Assembly: GCA_047638115.1 (NCBI GenBank)
Contig: JBLJBB010000010.1
Coordinates: forward strand, 18,172-82,171
Direction of reading: 5' to 3'
Origin: Bacteroidales bacterium
GTDB taxonomy: Bacteria > Bacteroidota > Bacteroidia > Bacteroidales > WCHB1-69
Length of the DNA: 64,000 nucleotides
Below are positions 28,572 through 37,396 of the stretch, piece by piece. Below the pieces are notes generated by a model. That model was given only the letters and a program-made list of their open reading frames with translations, did no database searches and was not told where the DNA came from. Both the position numbers and the translations under genes were made by a program. Each line of letters opens with the position of its first letter. Positions within the stretch are counted from its first letter, which is position 1.

Positions 28572-28937
28572 ATGAAAGAATCAACCGAACAAAATGAACG
28601 AATCGCAAAGATCACGTTTGCTTCTGTTTATCCTCACTATGTGACAAAAGTGGTTAAAAAAGGGAGAACTATAGATGAATTAACCCAGGTTATCGAATGG
28701 CTGACTGGTTATGACGATCATAAAATTAAAGAACTGATAGAGAGAAATATCACTTTTGAAGAGTTTTTTAACCTGACAACACTGAATCCTAATGCAGGTC
28801 TCATCAAAGGGGTTATTTGTGGATACAGAATTGAAGAGATTGAGAATCATTTGACCCGAAAAGTGCGCTACCTCGACAAACTGGTGGATGAACTGGCAAA
28901 AGGGAAAAAAATGGAAAAGATTTTAAGATCTGAATAA
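28572..28937 (+). CDS. DUF2200 domain-containing protein
   Basis: ITFASVYPHYVTKVVKKGRTIDELTQVIEWLTGY is the conserved core I associate with DUF2200. Function unknown. Confidence 0.6.
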   Translation: MKESTEQNERIAKITFASVYPHYVTKVVKKGRTIDELTQVIEWLTGYDDHKIKELIERNITFEEFFNLTTLNPNAGLIKGVICGYRIEEIENHLTRKVRYLDKLVDELAKGKKMEKILRSE

Positions 28938-28951
28938 ATAAAACCAAAAAA

Positions 28952-28979
28952 GATAAGAGTTAAGTGATAAGAGTGAAAA
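28952..28979 (+). repeat. 14-bp-period duplication GATAAGAGT(N5) x2
   Basis: GATAAGAGTTAAGT / GATAAGAGTGAAAA, read directly. Confidence 0.8.
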
Positions 28980-28998
28980 AACTAGAACCTAAAACCTT

Positions 28999-29040
28999 AT
29001 AGCTGATAGCCCTTTAGCCATTTGCCATTAACCCTTCACC
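28999..29040 (+). repeat. six tandem degenerate heptamers (ATAGCTG ATAGCCC TTTAGCC ATTTGCC ATTAACC CTTCACC)
   Basis: Read directly. TAGCCCT here equals the reverse complement of the AGGGCTA unit of the 52967-53036 array. The array ends 17 nt before the -7 box at 29058. Confidence 0.7.
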
Positions 29041-29057
29041 CACTTGAAAAAAAGTTG

Positions 29058-29065
29058 TATTTTTG
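29058..29065 (+). promoter_or_regulatory. candidate -7 box TATTTTTG for ftcD
   Basis: Exact match, 44 nt upstream of the ATG at 29109. Confidence 0.5.
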
Positions 29066-29108
29066 CCGTTCAATTGAAAAACAATAATAAATATATAACA
29101 TAATCATT

Positions 29109-30806
29109 ATGAAACAGTTAATAGAATGCGTTCCCAATTTTAGTGAGGGAAGAAACATGGAAATCATCCATCAAATCACGGCTGAAATAGATAAAATGGA
29201 GGGCGTGAAACTTTTAGATGTGGATCCCGGTTTTTCAACTAATCGCACAGTAGTTACCTTTGTTGGTACTCCTGATGAAGTGGTTGAAACGGCAGTTAAG
29301 GTGATCGCAAAAGCTCAAGAGTTGATCGACATGAGAAATCATCATGGGGATCACCCTCGTTTTGGAGCTACCGATGTGTGTCCCTTGGTTCCTGTGGCTA
29401 ACATCACTATGGAAGAAACCGCTGCTTATGCTCGTAAACTAGCACAAAGAGTGGGTGAAGAACTTGGAATTCCTGTATATTGCTACGAAAATGCAGCTTG
29501 CGAAGAGAAAAGACGTAACCTGGCAAATTGTCGCCGTGGGGAGTATGAAGGACTAAAAGAAAAATTGGTGAACCCTGAGTGGAAACCTGATTTCGGTCCA
29601 GCAGAATTTAACGAATCTGTTGCTAAAAGCGGTGCTACTGCTATCAGCGCTCGCGATTTTTTGATTGCAGTGAACTTCAATTTGAATACTACCTCTACTC
29701 GTCGTGCCAATGCCATTGCATTCGACGTACGCGAGAAAGGACGCCCTTTGCGTGAAGGAAATTCTGTAACAGGAAAAATTGTAAAAGATGAAAATGGTAA
29801 CCCAATTGATGTTCCAGGAACTTTAAAAGGAACGAAAGCAATCGGATGGTTTATTGAAGAGTATGGAATCGCTCAAGTTTCCATGAACATCACCAACACC
29901 ACTGCTACCCCACTCCATGTAGCTTTTGAAGAGGTTCGTCTGAAAGCTGAACAAAGAGGCATTAGAGTTTCTGGTGCTGAAATCGTGGGTTTAGTTCCTA
30001 AAAAAGCATTACTAGATGCGGGATACTTCTTCTTACAAAAACAACAACGTTCTTTAGGTATTGATGAAAAAGAGGTGATCAAGATTGCGGTGAAATCTAT
30101 GGGATTAGATGATCTTAAACCATTTATCCCAGAAGAGAAAGTGATTGAATATCTTCTTGATAAAGAGAATACTTCTAAAAAATTGATGGACATGACCTGT
30201 ATAGGTTTTGCAAATGAAACCGCATCTGAATCTCCTGCACCAGGTGGTGGTTCAATTGCTGCTTACATGGGTGCTCTAGGTGCTGCTTTGGGAACCATGG
30301 TGGCAAACCTATCTTCTCATAAACCAGGTTGGGATGAAAAATGGGAAGAGTTCTCCGATTATGCTGTTCAAGGACAAAAAATCAAAGAGGAGTTGATCTG
30401 GTTAGTAGATGAAGATACCAACTCTTTCAACCTCATCATGAACGCTTTAGGAATGGCTAAAGGGACTGATGAAGAGAAAGCAGCCAGAAAAGCAGCTTTA
30501 GAGCAAGCAACCAAATATGCGATTGAGATCCCATTCAGAACAATACAACGCAGTTATGATGTGTTTGATCTTTGTGAAGCGATGATTGTTAAAGGGAATC
30601 CAAACTCTGTAACAGATGCTGGTGTGGGTGTTTTATGTGCAAAAGCTGCCGTTATTGGAGCTTATTTAAACGTAAAAATCAACGCCGCTGGTTTAGATGA
30701 CAAAGCTTTTGCTTCTGAGATCGTAGCTAAAGCACATGAATATGTAGTTAAAGCCAAAGAGAGAGAAATTGCTTTACTGCAAAAAGTGGAAGAGATTATT
30801 GGATAA
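29109..30806 (+). CDS. ftcD: bifunctional glutamate formimidoyltransferase / formimidoyltetrahydrofolate cyclodeaminase
   Basis: The N-terminus LIECVPNFSEGRN is the formiminotransferase signature. The C-terminal ~200 aa (APGGGSIAAYMGALGAALGTMVANL...) is the cyclodeaminase domain. Both lie in one 565-aa frame. Confidence 0.9.
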   Translation: MKQLIECVPNFSEGRNMEIIHQITAEIDKMEGVKLLDVDPGFSTNRTVVTFVGTPDEVVETAVKVIAKAQELIDMRNHHGDHPRFGATDVCPLVPVANITMEETAAYARKLAQRVGEELGIPVYCYENAACEEKRRNLANCRRGEYEGLKEKLVNPEWKPDFGPAEFNESVAKSGATAISARDFLIAVNFNLNTTSTRRANAIAFDVREKGRPLREGNSVTGKIVKDENGNPIDVPGTLKGTKAIGWFIEEYGIAQVSMNITNTTATPLHVAFEEVRLKAEQRGIRVSGAEIVGLVPKKALLDAGYFFLQKQQRSLGIDEKEVIKIAVKSMGLDDLKPFIPEEKVIEYLLDKENTSKKLMDMTCIGFANETASESPAPGGGSIAAYMGALGAALGTMVANLSSHKPGWDEKWEEFSDYAVQGQKIKEELIWLVDEDTNSFNLIMNALGMAKGTDEEKAARKAALEQATKYAIEIPFRTIQRSYDVFDLCEAMIVKGNPNSVTDAGVGVLCAKAAVIGAYLNVKINAAGLDDKAFASEIVAKAHEYVVKAKEREIALLQKVEEIIG

Positions 30807-30834
30807 TCAATCTTTAATTTCAAACCATAAAAAA

Positions 30835-30859
30835 AGGCGCTGTTTAGCGCCTTTTTTTT
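30835..30859. terminator. bidirectional rho-independent terminator
   Basis: AGGCGCT-GTTT-AGCGCCT flanked by A7 on the left and T8 on the right, between convergent ftcD and the gene ending at 30858. Confidence 0.8.
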
Positions 30860-31643
30860 ATTCATCATGTAAGGTTACAAACTTAAACACATCCCGACCG
30901 TTTGCTTTGATGATCAATTGTGCATTTTGATTTTGCATAATGCTACTGCCAAAATAGTTGTGATCATAAACGAAAGGGTCTTTAAACCACTGACTAACAT
31001 TCATTTGCATTTCTAGGTGAGTCTCATCATCTTTTTCAACCACAAATGAAATAGGCAGTGTAAGTGTGATATAGTTATGTACAAATGCGTAAATTGAATC
31101 AACAGAAGTGGCATTACTATAATATAACTGACCAATACCTGTATGAAAGTTAAAATTACGAAGTGATCCTGTTGGGGGTTGCCATTTACCATTTATTTGC
31201 ATATAATGGTAACCTCCACCTAAATGTTGAGGCCAAAAGAAATTACATTCTGGAGGATTGGGGAATTTGTTTGAAATATTATCCTCTTCATCGAGTCCAA
31301 ATACAAATTGAACAGCTTTATATTCAGCAGCTTCTATATTTTTAATTTCCCAGGATGTTGTAGTGGGGTAATTCAAGTCCACATAATGAATCCCTTCATT
31401 TTGGGATACCTTAACCATTTTATCATCTTTTGTAATAAAGTATAGCTTTGATACAAAATACTTTATCTCATTCACTTGGTACACATTTTGAGCTGCATTG
31501 GTATAGATCAGTGAATTCAACTGAATAGGATCATTTTCAACAAGATGTTGAAAATGAAGGTTTATTGTTCCTGTTTTCTCTTTATCTCCACAAGAAGATA
31601 AAAGAAACAATACGCCAATAATTAGTAGTATAGATCGATGCAT
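30858..31643 (-). CDS. lipoprotein, possibly MbnP-like
   Basis: Lipobox LLSSCGD. The pattern INLHFQHLVENDPIQLNSLIYTNAAQNVYQVNEIKYFVSKLYF resembles Bacteroidota proteins annotated as MbnP family. No MbnH/peroxidase partner is present. Confidence 0.35.
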   Translation of the reverse strand: MHRSILLIIGVLFLLSSCGDKEKTGTINLHFQHLVENDPIQLNSLIYTNAAQNVYQVNEIKYFVSKLYFITKDDKMVKVSQNEGIHYVDLNYPTTTSWEIKNIEAAEYKAVQFVFGLDEEDNISNKFPNPPECNFFWPQHLGGGYHYMQINGKWQPPTGSLRNFNFHTGIGQLYYSNATSVDSIYAFVHNYITLTLPISFVVEKDDETHLEMQMNVSQWFKDPFVYDHNYFGSSIMQNQNAQLIIKANGRDVFKFVTLHDE

Positions 31644-31652
31644 TGGAAAAGT

Positions 31653-32288
31653 TTAAATTGAAATAATCGCTCTAAAATAAGGATCATTATTGGTTTTCAT
31701 TTTATCTTCAATAAGATAATTTCCATTATTATTGGTAATCATTTTCACATTAATGGCATCAGATTCTGTGGATGTCCAGTATTTAACATTTTTACGGATT
31801 GGTTTTACATCAGTACCAGTAGGCATACCAGCATTCACTTGATCCATTACATTAAAAAGGAGTCTCATTTCATCTACAGCTGGGAGGTACCATTTCACAG
31901 TTGTAAAAGGAGTTGGTTGTTGATCTGGAAAATCTACATTAAAACATTGCCAAAAAACAGGATATCTCAATCTCCAATCATTAGGACCTGAAGCAGGTAA
32001 ATTTTGAACTTTTTGTTGATTTGATTTTCCATCAGTTAAACTTGTTGCACCGATTGAATCTGATAAAACAGAACACCATTGTATCTGTAGTTCAGTTTCA
32101 ACTGCAACTGCTTTACAATGTTCTCCATCAAAACTTGCATAAAAGACTACAGCTTGAACGTCATCTACAACAATGAGATCCCCCACTTTATATTTTGGGT
32201 TTTCTGGAATAAAATATTCAGGTTCACAAGATGTTGTGATGATGAATAGGGCTACTAGGGCCACTAAAATTGAATTGATTTTTTTCAT
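31653..32288 (-). CDS. DUF1566 (Lcl C-terminal domain-like) lipoprotein
   Basis: Lipobox IITTSCEP. The WYLPAVDEMRLLF motif and a later YWTSTE are typical of DUF1566. Confidence 0.55.
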   Translation of the reverse strand: MKKINSILVALVALFIITTSCEPEYFIPENPKYKVGDLIVVDDVQAVVFYASFDGEHCKAVAVETELQIQWCSVLSDSIGATSLTDGKSNQQKVQNLPASGPNDWRLRYPVFWQCFNVDFPDQQPTPFTTVKWYLPAVDEMRLLFNVMDQVNAGMPTGTDVKPIRKNVKYWTSTESDAINVKMITNNNGNYLIEDKMKTNNDPYFRAIISI

Positions 32289-32311
32289 AGTTTTTATTTT
32301 ATATTAAGAAA

Positions 32312-34000
32312 TTATTTCATTTTTGGATTTTCAAATCCTATTACATATTTCAAGGGTTGAGCAGCACCTCCATTTTCAATAAAAAGATCCACTAAATCGT
32401 ATTTTGCTTTTTTGGAAATTTTTGGTGTTTTTATAATGATGGTTTGTGTTCCCTCTTTGAGGGTATACTTTTTAATGATCTGTTTTTTTTGGGAATTTCT
32501 TAAGCTTGTTTTTACAGTAATTTCAGTAGGATTTTTAACGATGATAGAAATTTCAATTTTGTTTTTTTGAATCACATAATTTGATATTTGAACCTCAAAA
32601 TTAGGATCAGCTTTTTGGAGTAAGTAATTGTATGCTTTGAGCATGTCTGTTATTCCGTAACCTAGAGAATTATCAGGAGCTGTGGCTTTATCACCGCTCA
32701 TTCTAATTGCATGCATAATCTCGTATGCATTTTTGTTTGGAAATGCTTGCCATAGACAGGCCACCATACCTGACATAAGCGGTGAAGAGAACGATGTTCC
32801 ATCCCCTTTGATGGTTTTCCCTCTGGTATTCCCAACATAAGTGTCCCATCCTACAGCCACTGCGTCTGGTTTAACTCTACCATCTGCTGTGGGGCCATAA
32901 GAACTGAATGGAGCTCTTTCTCCTTTGGAATTAATGCCACCAACTGCAAGAATATCAGTTGCTTCAGCCGGAGCTCCCATAAATTTCCATTTCCCATTCC
33001 CTTCATTACCCACACTATTGCATAAAACAATCCCTTTTGAAGCTAAATAAGATGCCGCTATAGAAGCCCTACTACTTTTCCCATTCATATGAAAATAATT
33101 ACGCACTTGTGTTGTATCATCAAACTTAGTATAACCTAATGATGAATTGATTACATAAATTCCTAAACTATCAGCCCATTCTACACCTGCTACCCAATTA
33201 TCCTCTTCAACCTTATTTTCACTTCTTCCATCTTCGGTTTGAGCAAGCCAAACAATTACTCCAGGTGCAGAACCAACAATTTCCCCGGGTATATAAGATG
33301 CGATACAAGAGAGAACCATCGTACCATGACTTCCAGTTATGAAAGGATTTACGCCAGGTTGCACAACATGTCTGGCTTCACGCAATCTATTTTGAGACCT
33401 TAATAAACTAAAATGCCTGATGGTATCGAGATTGTGAAATCCTCCGTCTAATATCATCATGTAGATTCCTTCACCCTTAAATCCCATTCTATGAAGCCAA
33501 TGTACATTGTTAATTTTTATTTGTCCATAACTTAAACCATAATCAATATCATTAGGAATTCCAGTTTCAACAGTGGGAATATTTCCATTTTGAAAGTGAA
33601 AATAACTATTGGGTTGCTCTTCGGGTTCTTTCATGGGGATGGTTCGTTCACAATAAGATACAAAATCTAATGCAAGAATCTTATCCATAATATTCTCATT
33701 TTCAGAGTATATCGTAATCCCATTTAACCATTTAGATTTCGTAAACAAAATAATATTGGAATCCAAAGCCAACACTTTTTGAATATAGGTAGGACTTACT
33801 GGTAAATCTTGTTCCGTAATTTTAATGTTATATTTTTCTCTTCTTTCTATTGCTTTTGGAGATAAAAATTCTAAAGGTTTATCAATAGAATAAGGGGTCC
33901 CTTGTTTATCTTTAAATTGGATCCAATACTTTGCAGGGGATTGAGCAAAAATCGTAAAAAGAGCAAAAAATAGTAGAAATAACAAAAATAATCTTTTCAT
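32312..34000 (-). CDS. S8 family serine peptidase (subtilisin-like)
   Basis: Signal peptide and an I9-like propeptide. Catalytic triad blocks MMILDGGF (Asp), GSHGTMVLS (His) and GTSFSSPLMSGMVA (Ser). Confidence 0.9.
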   Translation of the reverse strand: MKRLFLLFLLFFALFTIFAQSPAKYWIQFKDKQGTPYSIDKPLEFLSPKAIERREKYNIKITEQDLPVSPTYIQKVLALDSNIILFTKSKWLNGITIYSENENIMDKILALDFVSYCERTIPMKEPEEQPNSYFHFQNGNIPTVETGIPNDIDYGLSYGQIKINNVHWLHRMGFKGEGIYMMILDGGFHNLDTIRHFSLLRSQNRLREARHVVQPGVNPFITGSHGTMVLSCIASYIPGEIVGSAPGVIVWLAQTEDGRSENKVEEDNWVAGVEWADSLGIYVINSSLGYTKFDDTTQVRNYFHMNGKSSRASIAASYLASKGIVLCNSVGNEGNGKWKFMGAPAEATDILAVGGINSKGERAPFSSYGPTADGRVKPDAVAVGWDTYVGNTRGKTIKGDGTSFSSPLMSGMVACLWQAFPNKNAYEIMHAIRMSGDKATAPDNSLGYGITDMLKAYNYLLQKADPNFEVQISNYVIQKNKIEISIIVKNPTEITVKTSLRNSQKKQIIKKYTLKEGTQTIIIKTPKISKKAKYDLVDLFIENGGAAQPLKYVIGFENPKMK

Positions 34001-34087
34001 AATATTGTTTTTTTTACACGGAGAAATATTATTTATAAGTAATGCAAAAATAGTGTTTTTTCACAAACAGTTAGATTTTTAATATCA

Positions 34088-36313
34088 TTACTTTACGATA
34101 CTGATCTTTTTTGTAATAGTTTGATTTTCAATAGATATACGAATATAATAGAGTCCCGTTGGAAATTGTGCGCAAGAGATGATGTTGTTTTGACCTACTA
34201 TTTTTGTTGTAAAAAGGTGTTGACCTATTCCTGAAAATAAACTCATTTCACCATTTATTATATATGGAAAATAAATATGGATTTGATCAGAAGCAGGATT
34301 TGGAAAAAGTTTTATGTCAACCTCATTTTCATCAATTTTTACGGGAACAGGTTGTGTTCCTTGAAAAAAAGTGAGTCCACCAGCCCAATTTCCAACAATC
34401 ATATCCAACTTTTGATCATTATTTAGGTCTGCCACTGCCACACCACATCTAATCCCTTCGTCAATAAAATAGGGAATGTTTTGCACTGTTTCTACAAGCG
34501 AATAATCTTGAAGAAAACTACCTGATAGGTTTCCATCGATTGAAGAATACAGAAAGAGTTCCCCTTGTTCACTACTACACACCAGATAAGTTTGGTTATT
34601 CCATCTAAAAAATTGAGGTACTGAATATCCAAAATAGGAAACTTCAATATTTCTAACATCAACATTTCCAAAAGTTGTAGTGATCATTTGAAAATTTGGA
34701 TTAGAATTATTCGTTGTATTTTGATAGTATGCAATTTGACCTCTTCGGTTTCCAACCAACAAATCTAAATCCCCATCTTGATCAATATCAAAGAGTTGAG
34801 GTGTACTAAAGTTGGAAACGTTTACATTTTGATAGTTTGTCACTGGAGTAGCAAAATATGGAGTTTGACCAACTGGATTCTGATTCGCAAAAAAGAGAAG
34901 TTTTCCATCACTATTCCCACAAATCATATCAATAGTTCCATCGTTATTCAGATCAGCAAATGCAGGATATAGAGCTTTATAGTTGTACTGCTTTAAAGAT
35001 CCAAAATCTGTTGTAATTAGATTATACATTGTTTCAGTGAAGCTTCCTGTATTTTTGAAGTATGCGATACTTGATGAGTAATATGATTGTAATACACCGT
35101 TAATGTAGCTGGAACTATCGTAACTGCCATAATTAACCACAAAAAGGTCTAAAAGGCCATCTTGTTCCCAATCAAAAAATATGGGATATGCCCCACTCCC
35201 TAAATCGATAGTTTGATCTTGCAAGAATGAGGTTGTTTCAAGTTCATAATTCTGAGTTTGGGAGTTTTTTTTATAAAGCCAAACCGAATTTAAGTCCTGA
35301 GATTTTACAAGAGAGGGATCAGAAGGGGAAACTATTATCTCATTCTTTCCATCCTTATTCACATCTATGATACTTAATGCAGGCATTGAAAAAAGTTGTA
35401 TCGGATCAGTATCGTTGGGAAATTGGGTCGTTTGAGAAACCATAAGAGCGGAATTTAATGTACCACCATTTGTCAAATATATTATATTAGGATAATCCAC
35501 ATCACCAATTGCCACATGAAAAAGTGTATCTTGTTCATTTTTTAAAGCTTGAATTGATGACCCCATGTGTCTGGTAGATAAACTATTGTTGTCCCATTCC
35601 TTTTTTTGACAGTATGTAAAAAGTGAAATGGTATTATTATCGGCTGCTTCAGAAAAACCACCCCAACATTCATCTCCTAAAATAAATTTTAAAGAATCTG
35701 CATGACCATATAACTCTTTGGAAAGATTTTTCTGAAAATGAACATATTCCCCTAATATCCAAAAATTTACAATATCTAAATCTCCATCCTGATCAAAATC
35801 CTCAATGGCTAAATAATCATCTGGAGAAGCAAAAATATTCACATAACCATTGTAATAATAAGATTGCAGTTGATCTGTTACCAATGTATATTGGAGAGGG
35901 GTAGAAGATGTATGTTTGAATACTCTAATACCGCCTAATCCATAAGTAAAGATATCCTCTTTCCCATCATTGTTGTAATCTTTAAAGATCACCCAATCGT
36001 GTAGGTTTGGAAAAGATTTTTTGTATTCCGGGGCATAAATATACTGAAAAGTACTATAGTTAAACAGAAAAGGGATGATTCGATTTCCATGTTTGTCAAA
36101 ACCAACAAGGTCTCTAACCCCATCATTATTTAAATCGATCATTGAAAAATGAATACTATTAATACCTCCGAGCCAAGGATATTTTATAAAATCATGATTT
36201 TGATCCCAAACAACTATCGAATTATTTCTAGCAAAACCAAATGGATACATATTCGTTTGAGCTGAAACGAAAACATTTAAAACCACTAAAAACAGCACAA
36301 TTAATCTTTTCAT
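34088..36313 (-). CDS. FG-GAP/VCBS repeat protein with T9SS C-terminal sorting domain
   Basis: Repeated Ca-binding-like loops (DLNNDGVRDLVGF, DFDQDGDLDIVNF, DIDQDGDLDLLVGN, DLNNDQKLDMIVGN). The C-terminus KLFPNPASDQIHIYF...GLYYIRISIENQTITKKISIVK is a type-A CTD. Confidence 0.85.
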   Translation of the reverse strand: MKRLIVLFLVVLNVFVSAQTNMYPFGFARNNSIVVWDQNHDFIKYPWLGGINSIHFSMIDLNNDGVRDLVGFDKHGNRIIPFLFNYSTFQYIYAPEYKKSFPNLHDWVIFKDYNNDGKEDIFTYGLGGIRVFKHTSSTPLQYTLVTDQLQSYYYNGYVNIFASPDDYLAIEDFDQDGDLDIVNFWILGEYVHFQKNLSKELYGHADSLKFILGDECWGGFSEAADNNTISLFTYCQKKEWDNNSLSTRHMGSSIQALKNEQDTLFHVAIGDVDYPNIIYLTNGGTLNSALMVSQTTQFPNDTDPIQLFSMPALSIIDVNKDGKNEIIVSPSDPSLVKSQDLNSVWLYKKNSQTQNYELETTSFLQDQTIDLGSGAYPIFFDWEQDGLLDLFVVNYGSYDSSSYINGVLQSYYSSSIAYFKNTGSFTETMYNLITTDFGSLKQYNYKALYPAFADLNNDGTIDMICGNSDGKLLFFANQNPVGQTPYFATPVTNYQNVNVSNFSTPQLFDIDQDGDLDLLVGNRRGQIAYYQNTTNNSNPNFQMITTTFGNVDVRNIEVSYFGYSVPQFFRWNNQTYLVCSSEQGELFLYSSIDGNLSGSFLQDYSLVETVQNIPYFIDEGIRCGVAVADLNNDQKLDMIVGNWAGGLTFFQGTQPVPVKIDENEVDIKLFPNPASDQIHIYFPYIINGEMSLFSGIGQHLFTTKIVGQNNIISCAQFPTGLYYIRISIENQTITKKISIVK

Positions 36314-36345
36314 TTCAAAAAATATCCTCTCAAAATAAGGAAATG

Positions 36346-37266
36346 TTATCTCACTCTCAATCTTTGCCCTTCTCTAATAAAATCGCTCCTTAATTTGTTC
36401 ATTTTTTTAATTTTATAAACAGAGGTTCTATATCTTTGTGCAATTCCACCTAAAGTTTGACCTTTTTTAACCGTAATATATAATCTACTTTGAGAATCAT
36501 TATCAACCTGTGTATTATTAACAACTGGAATATTGGTTTTTACCTCTTTCCCTGAAGTGTAAAGGGTATCTGTAAGTAATTTAAAATTATTAAAATCTAT
36601 AATTCTAGTTGGATTAAAAGGTACCCCCATATATCTCACTTCAAAATGGAGGTGAGGTCCTGTGGAACGGCCACTGCTTCCCCCTAATCCAATCGTATCC
36701 CCAGCGGAAACAATTTGTCCGGGATTCACAAAACGCTTACTCATATGACCATAATAGGTTTCCAACTTATTATCATGACGGATCACGATTAATTCTCCAT
36801 ACCCTCCTGCTCTACTTTTAGATACACGAACGATCCCATCAAAAGCAGCAACAACAGGTGTCCCCATTGGATAACTCAAATCAACTCCATAATGCATTCT
36901 TCTTCTACGTTTTCCGTATTTTGAATATATTTTGTAAGGGGACGGATGTGCATAATTCCCAAGTATGAGTGTATCTGGATTTATGGAAGTTTCATGTTTA
37001 TAATGAACATTTAAGATATCAAAATTATTATATGTTCCATATCCAGACATCCAGTCAAAATAAATAAAAATCATAGACTCTTCTTTCCCTAGATCTTCAA
37101 AATCATCTTCATTATCCTCTTCAACACTGTCAAGAATTGGCTCAACAATCACCAAACTATCAGCATCTCCAAAGACAATTTTGTTAGGAGGGTCTATTTG
37201 AGCTTGAAGTGAAAATGTAATGAGAAATAATGAAAATAATAGAGATAAATGTTTGAAAAAAGTCAT
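36346..37266 (-). CDS. M23 family metallopeptidase with C-terminal LysM domain
   Basis: HYGVDL (HxxxD) and GPHLHFEVR (HxH) motifs. LysM: YITVKKGQTLGGIAQRYRTSVYKIKKMNKLRSDFIREGQRLRV. Confidence 0.9.
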   Translation of the reverse strand: MTFFKHLSLLFSLFLITFSLQAQIDPPNKIVFGDADSLVIVEPILDSVEEDNEDDFEDLGKEESMIFIYFDWMSGYGTYNNFDILNVHYKHETSINPDTLILGNYAHPSPYKIYSKYGKRRRRMHYGVDLSYPMGTPVVAAFDGIVRVSKSRAGGYGELIVIRHDNKLETYYGHMSKRFVNPGQIVSAGDTIGLGGSSGRSTGPHLHFEVRYMGVPFNPTRIIDFNNFKLLTDTLYTSGKEVKTNIPVVNNTQVDNDSQSRLYITVKKGQTLGGIAQRYRTSVYKIKKMNKLRSDFIREGQRLRVR

Positions 37267-37305
37267 GATAAGTAACTAAATGGTTCTAAAAAATTAATGG
37301 TTATG

Positions 37306-37313
37306 CAAAAGTA
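37306..37313 (-). promoter_or_regulatory. candidate -7 box TACTTTTG for the M23-led five-gene operon
   Basis: The plus strand reads CAAAAGTA, 40 nt upstream of the start at 37266. Confidence 0.5.
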
Positions 37314-37368
37314 ACGAAAAAAATTATGCAAAAAGTGTGAATTTTTGTTAATATATCTTTTTTTGTTC

Positions 37369-37376
37369 TATATTTG
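37369..37376 (+). promoter_or_regulatory. candidate -7 box TATATTTG for the DUF819 gene
   Basis: Exact match, 21 nt upstream of the ATG at 37397. Confidence 0.5.
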
Positions 37377-37396
37377 CATTACCAAAATTAAATATT

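Noticed and set aside
24901-29047. The tandem 7/8/14-bp arrays considered as CRISPR arrays or plasmid-type iterons.
   Set aside because: The units are contiguous with no spacers and are far shorter than CRISPR repeats (28-37 bp) or iterons (17-22 bp). No cas or rep genes occur in the window.
30858-31643. An MbnP/MbnH copper-acquisition pair.
   Set aside because: Only a weakly MbnP-like lipoprotein is present. No di-haem peroxidase (MbnH) gene or four-Cys motif is present, so no such system is claimed.
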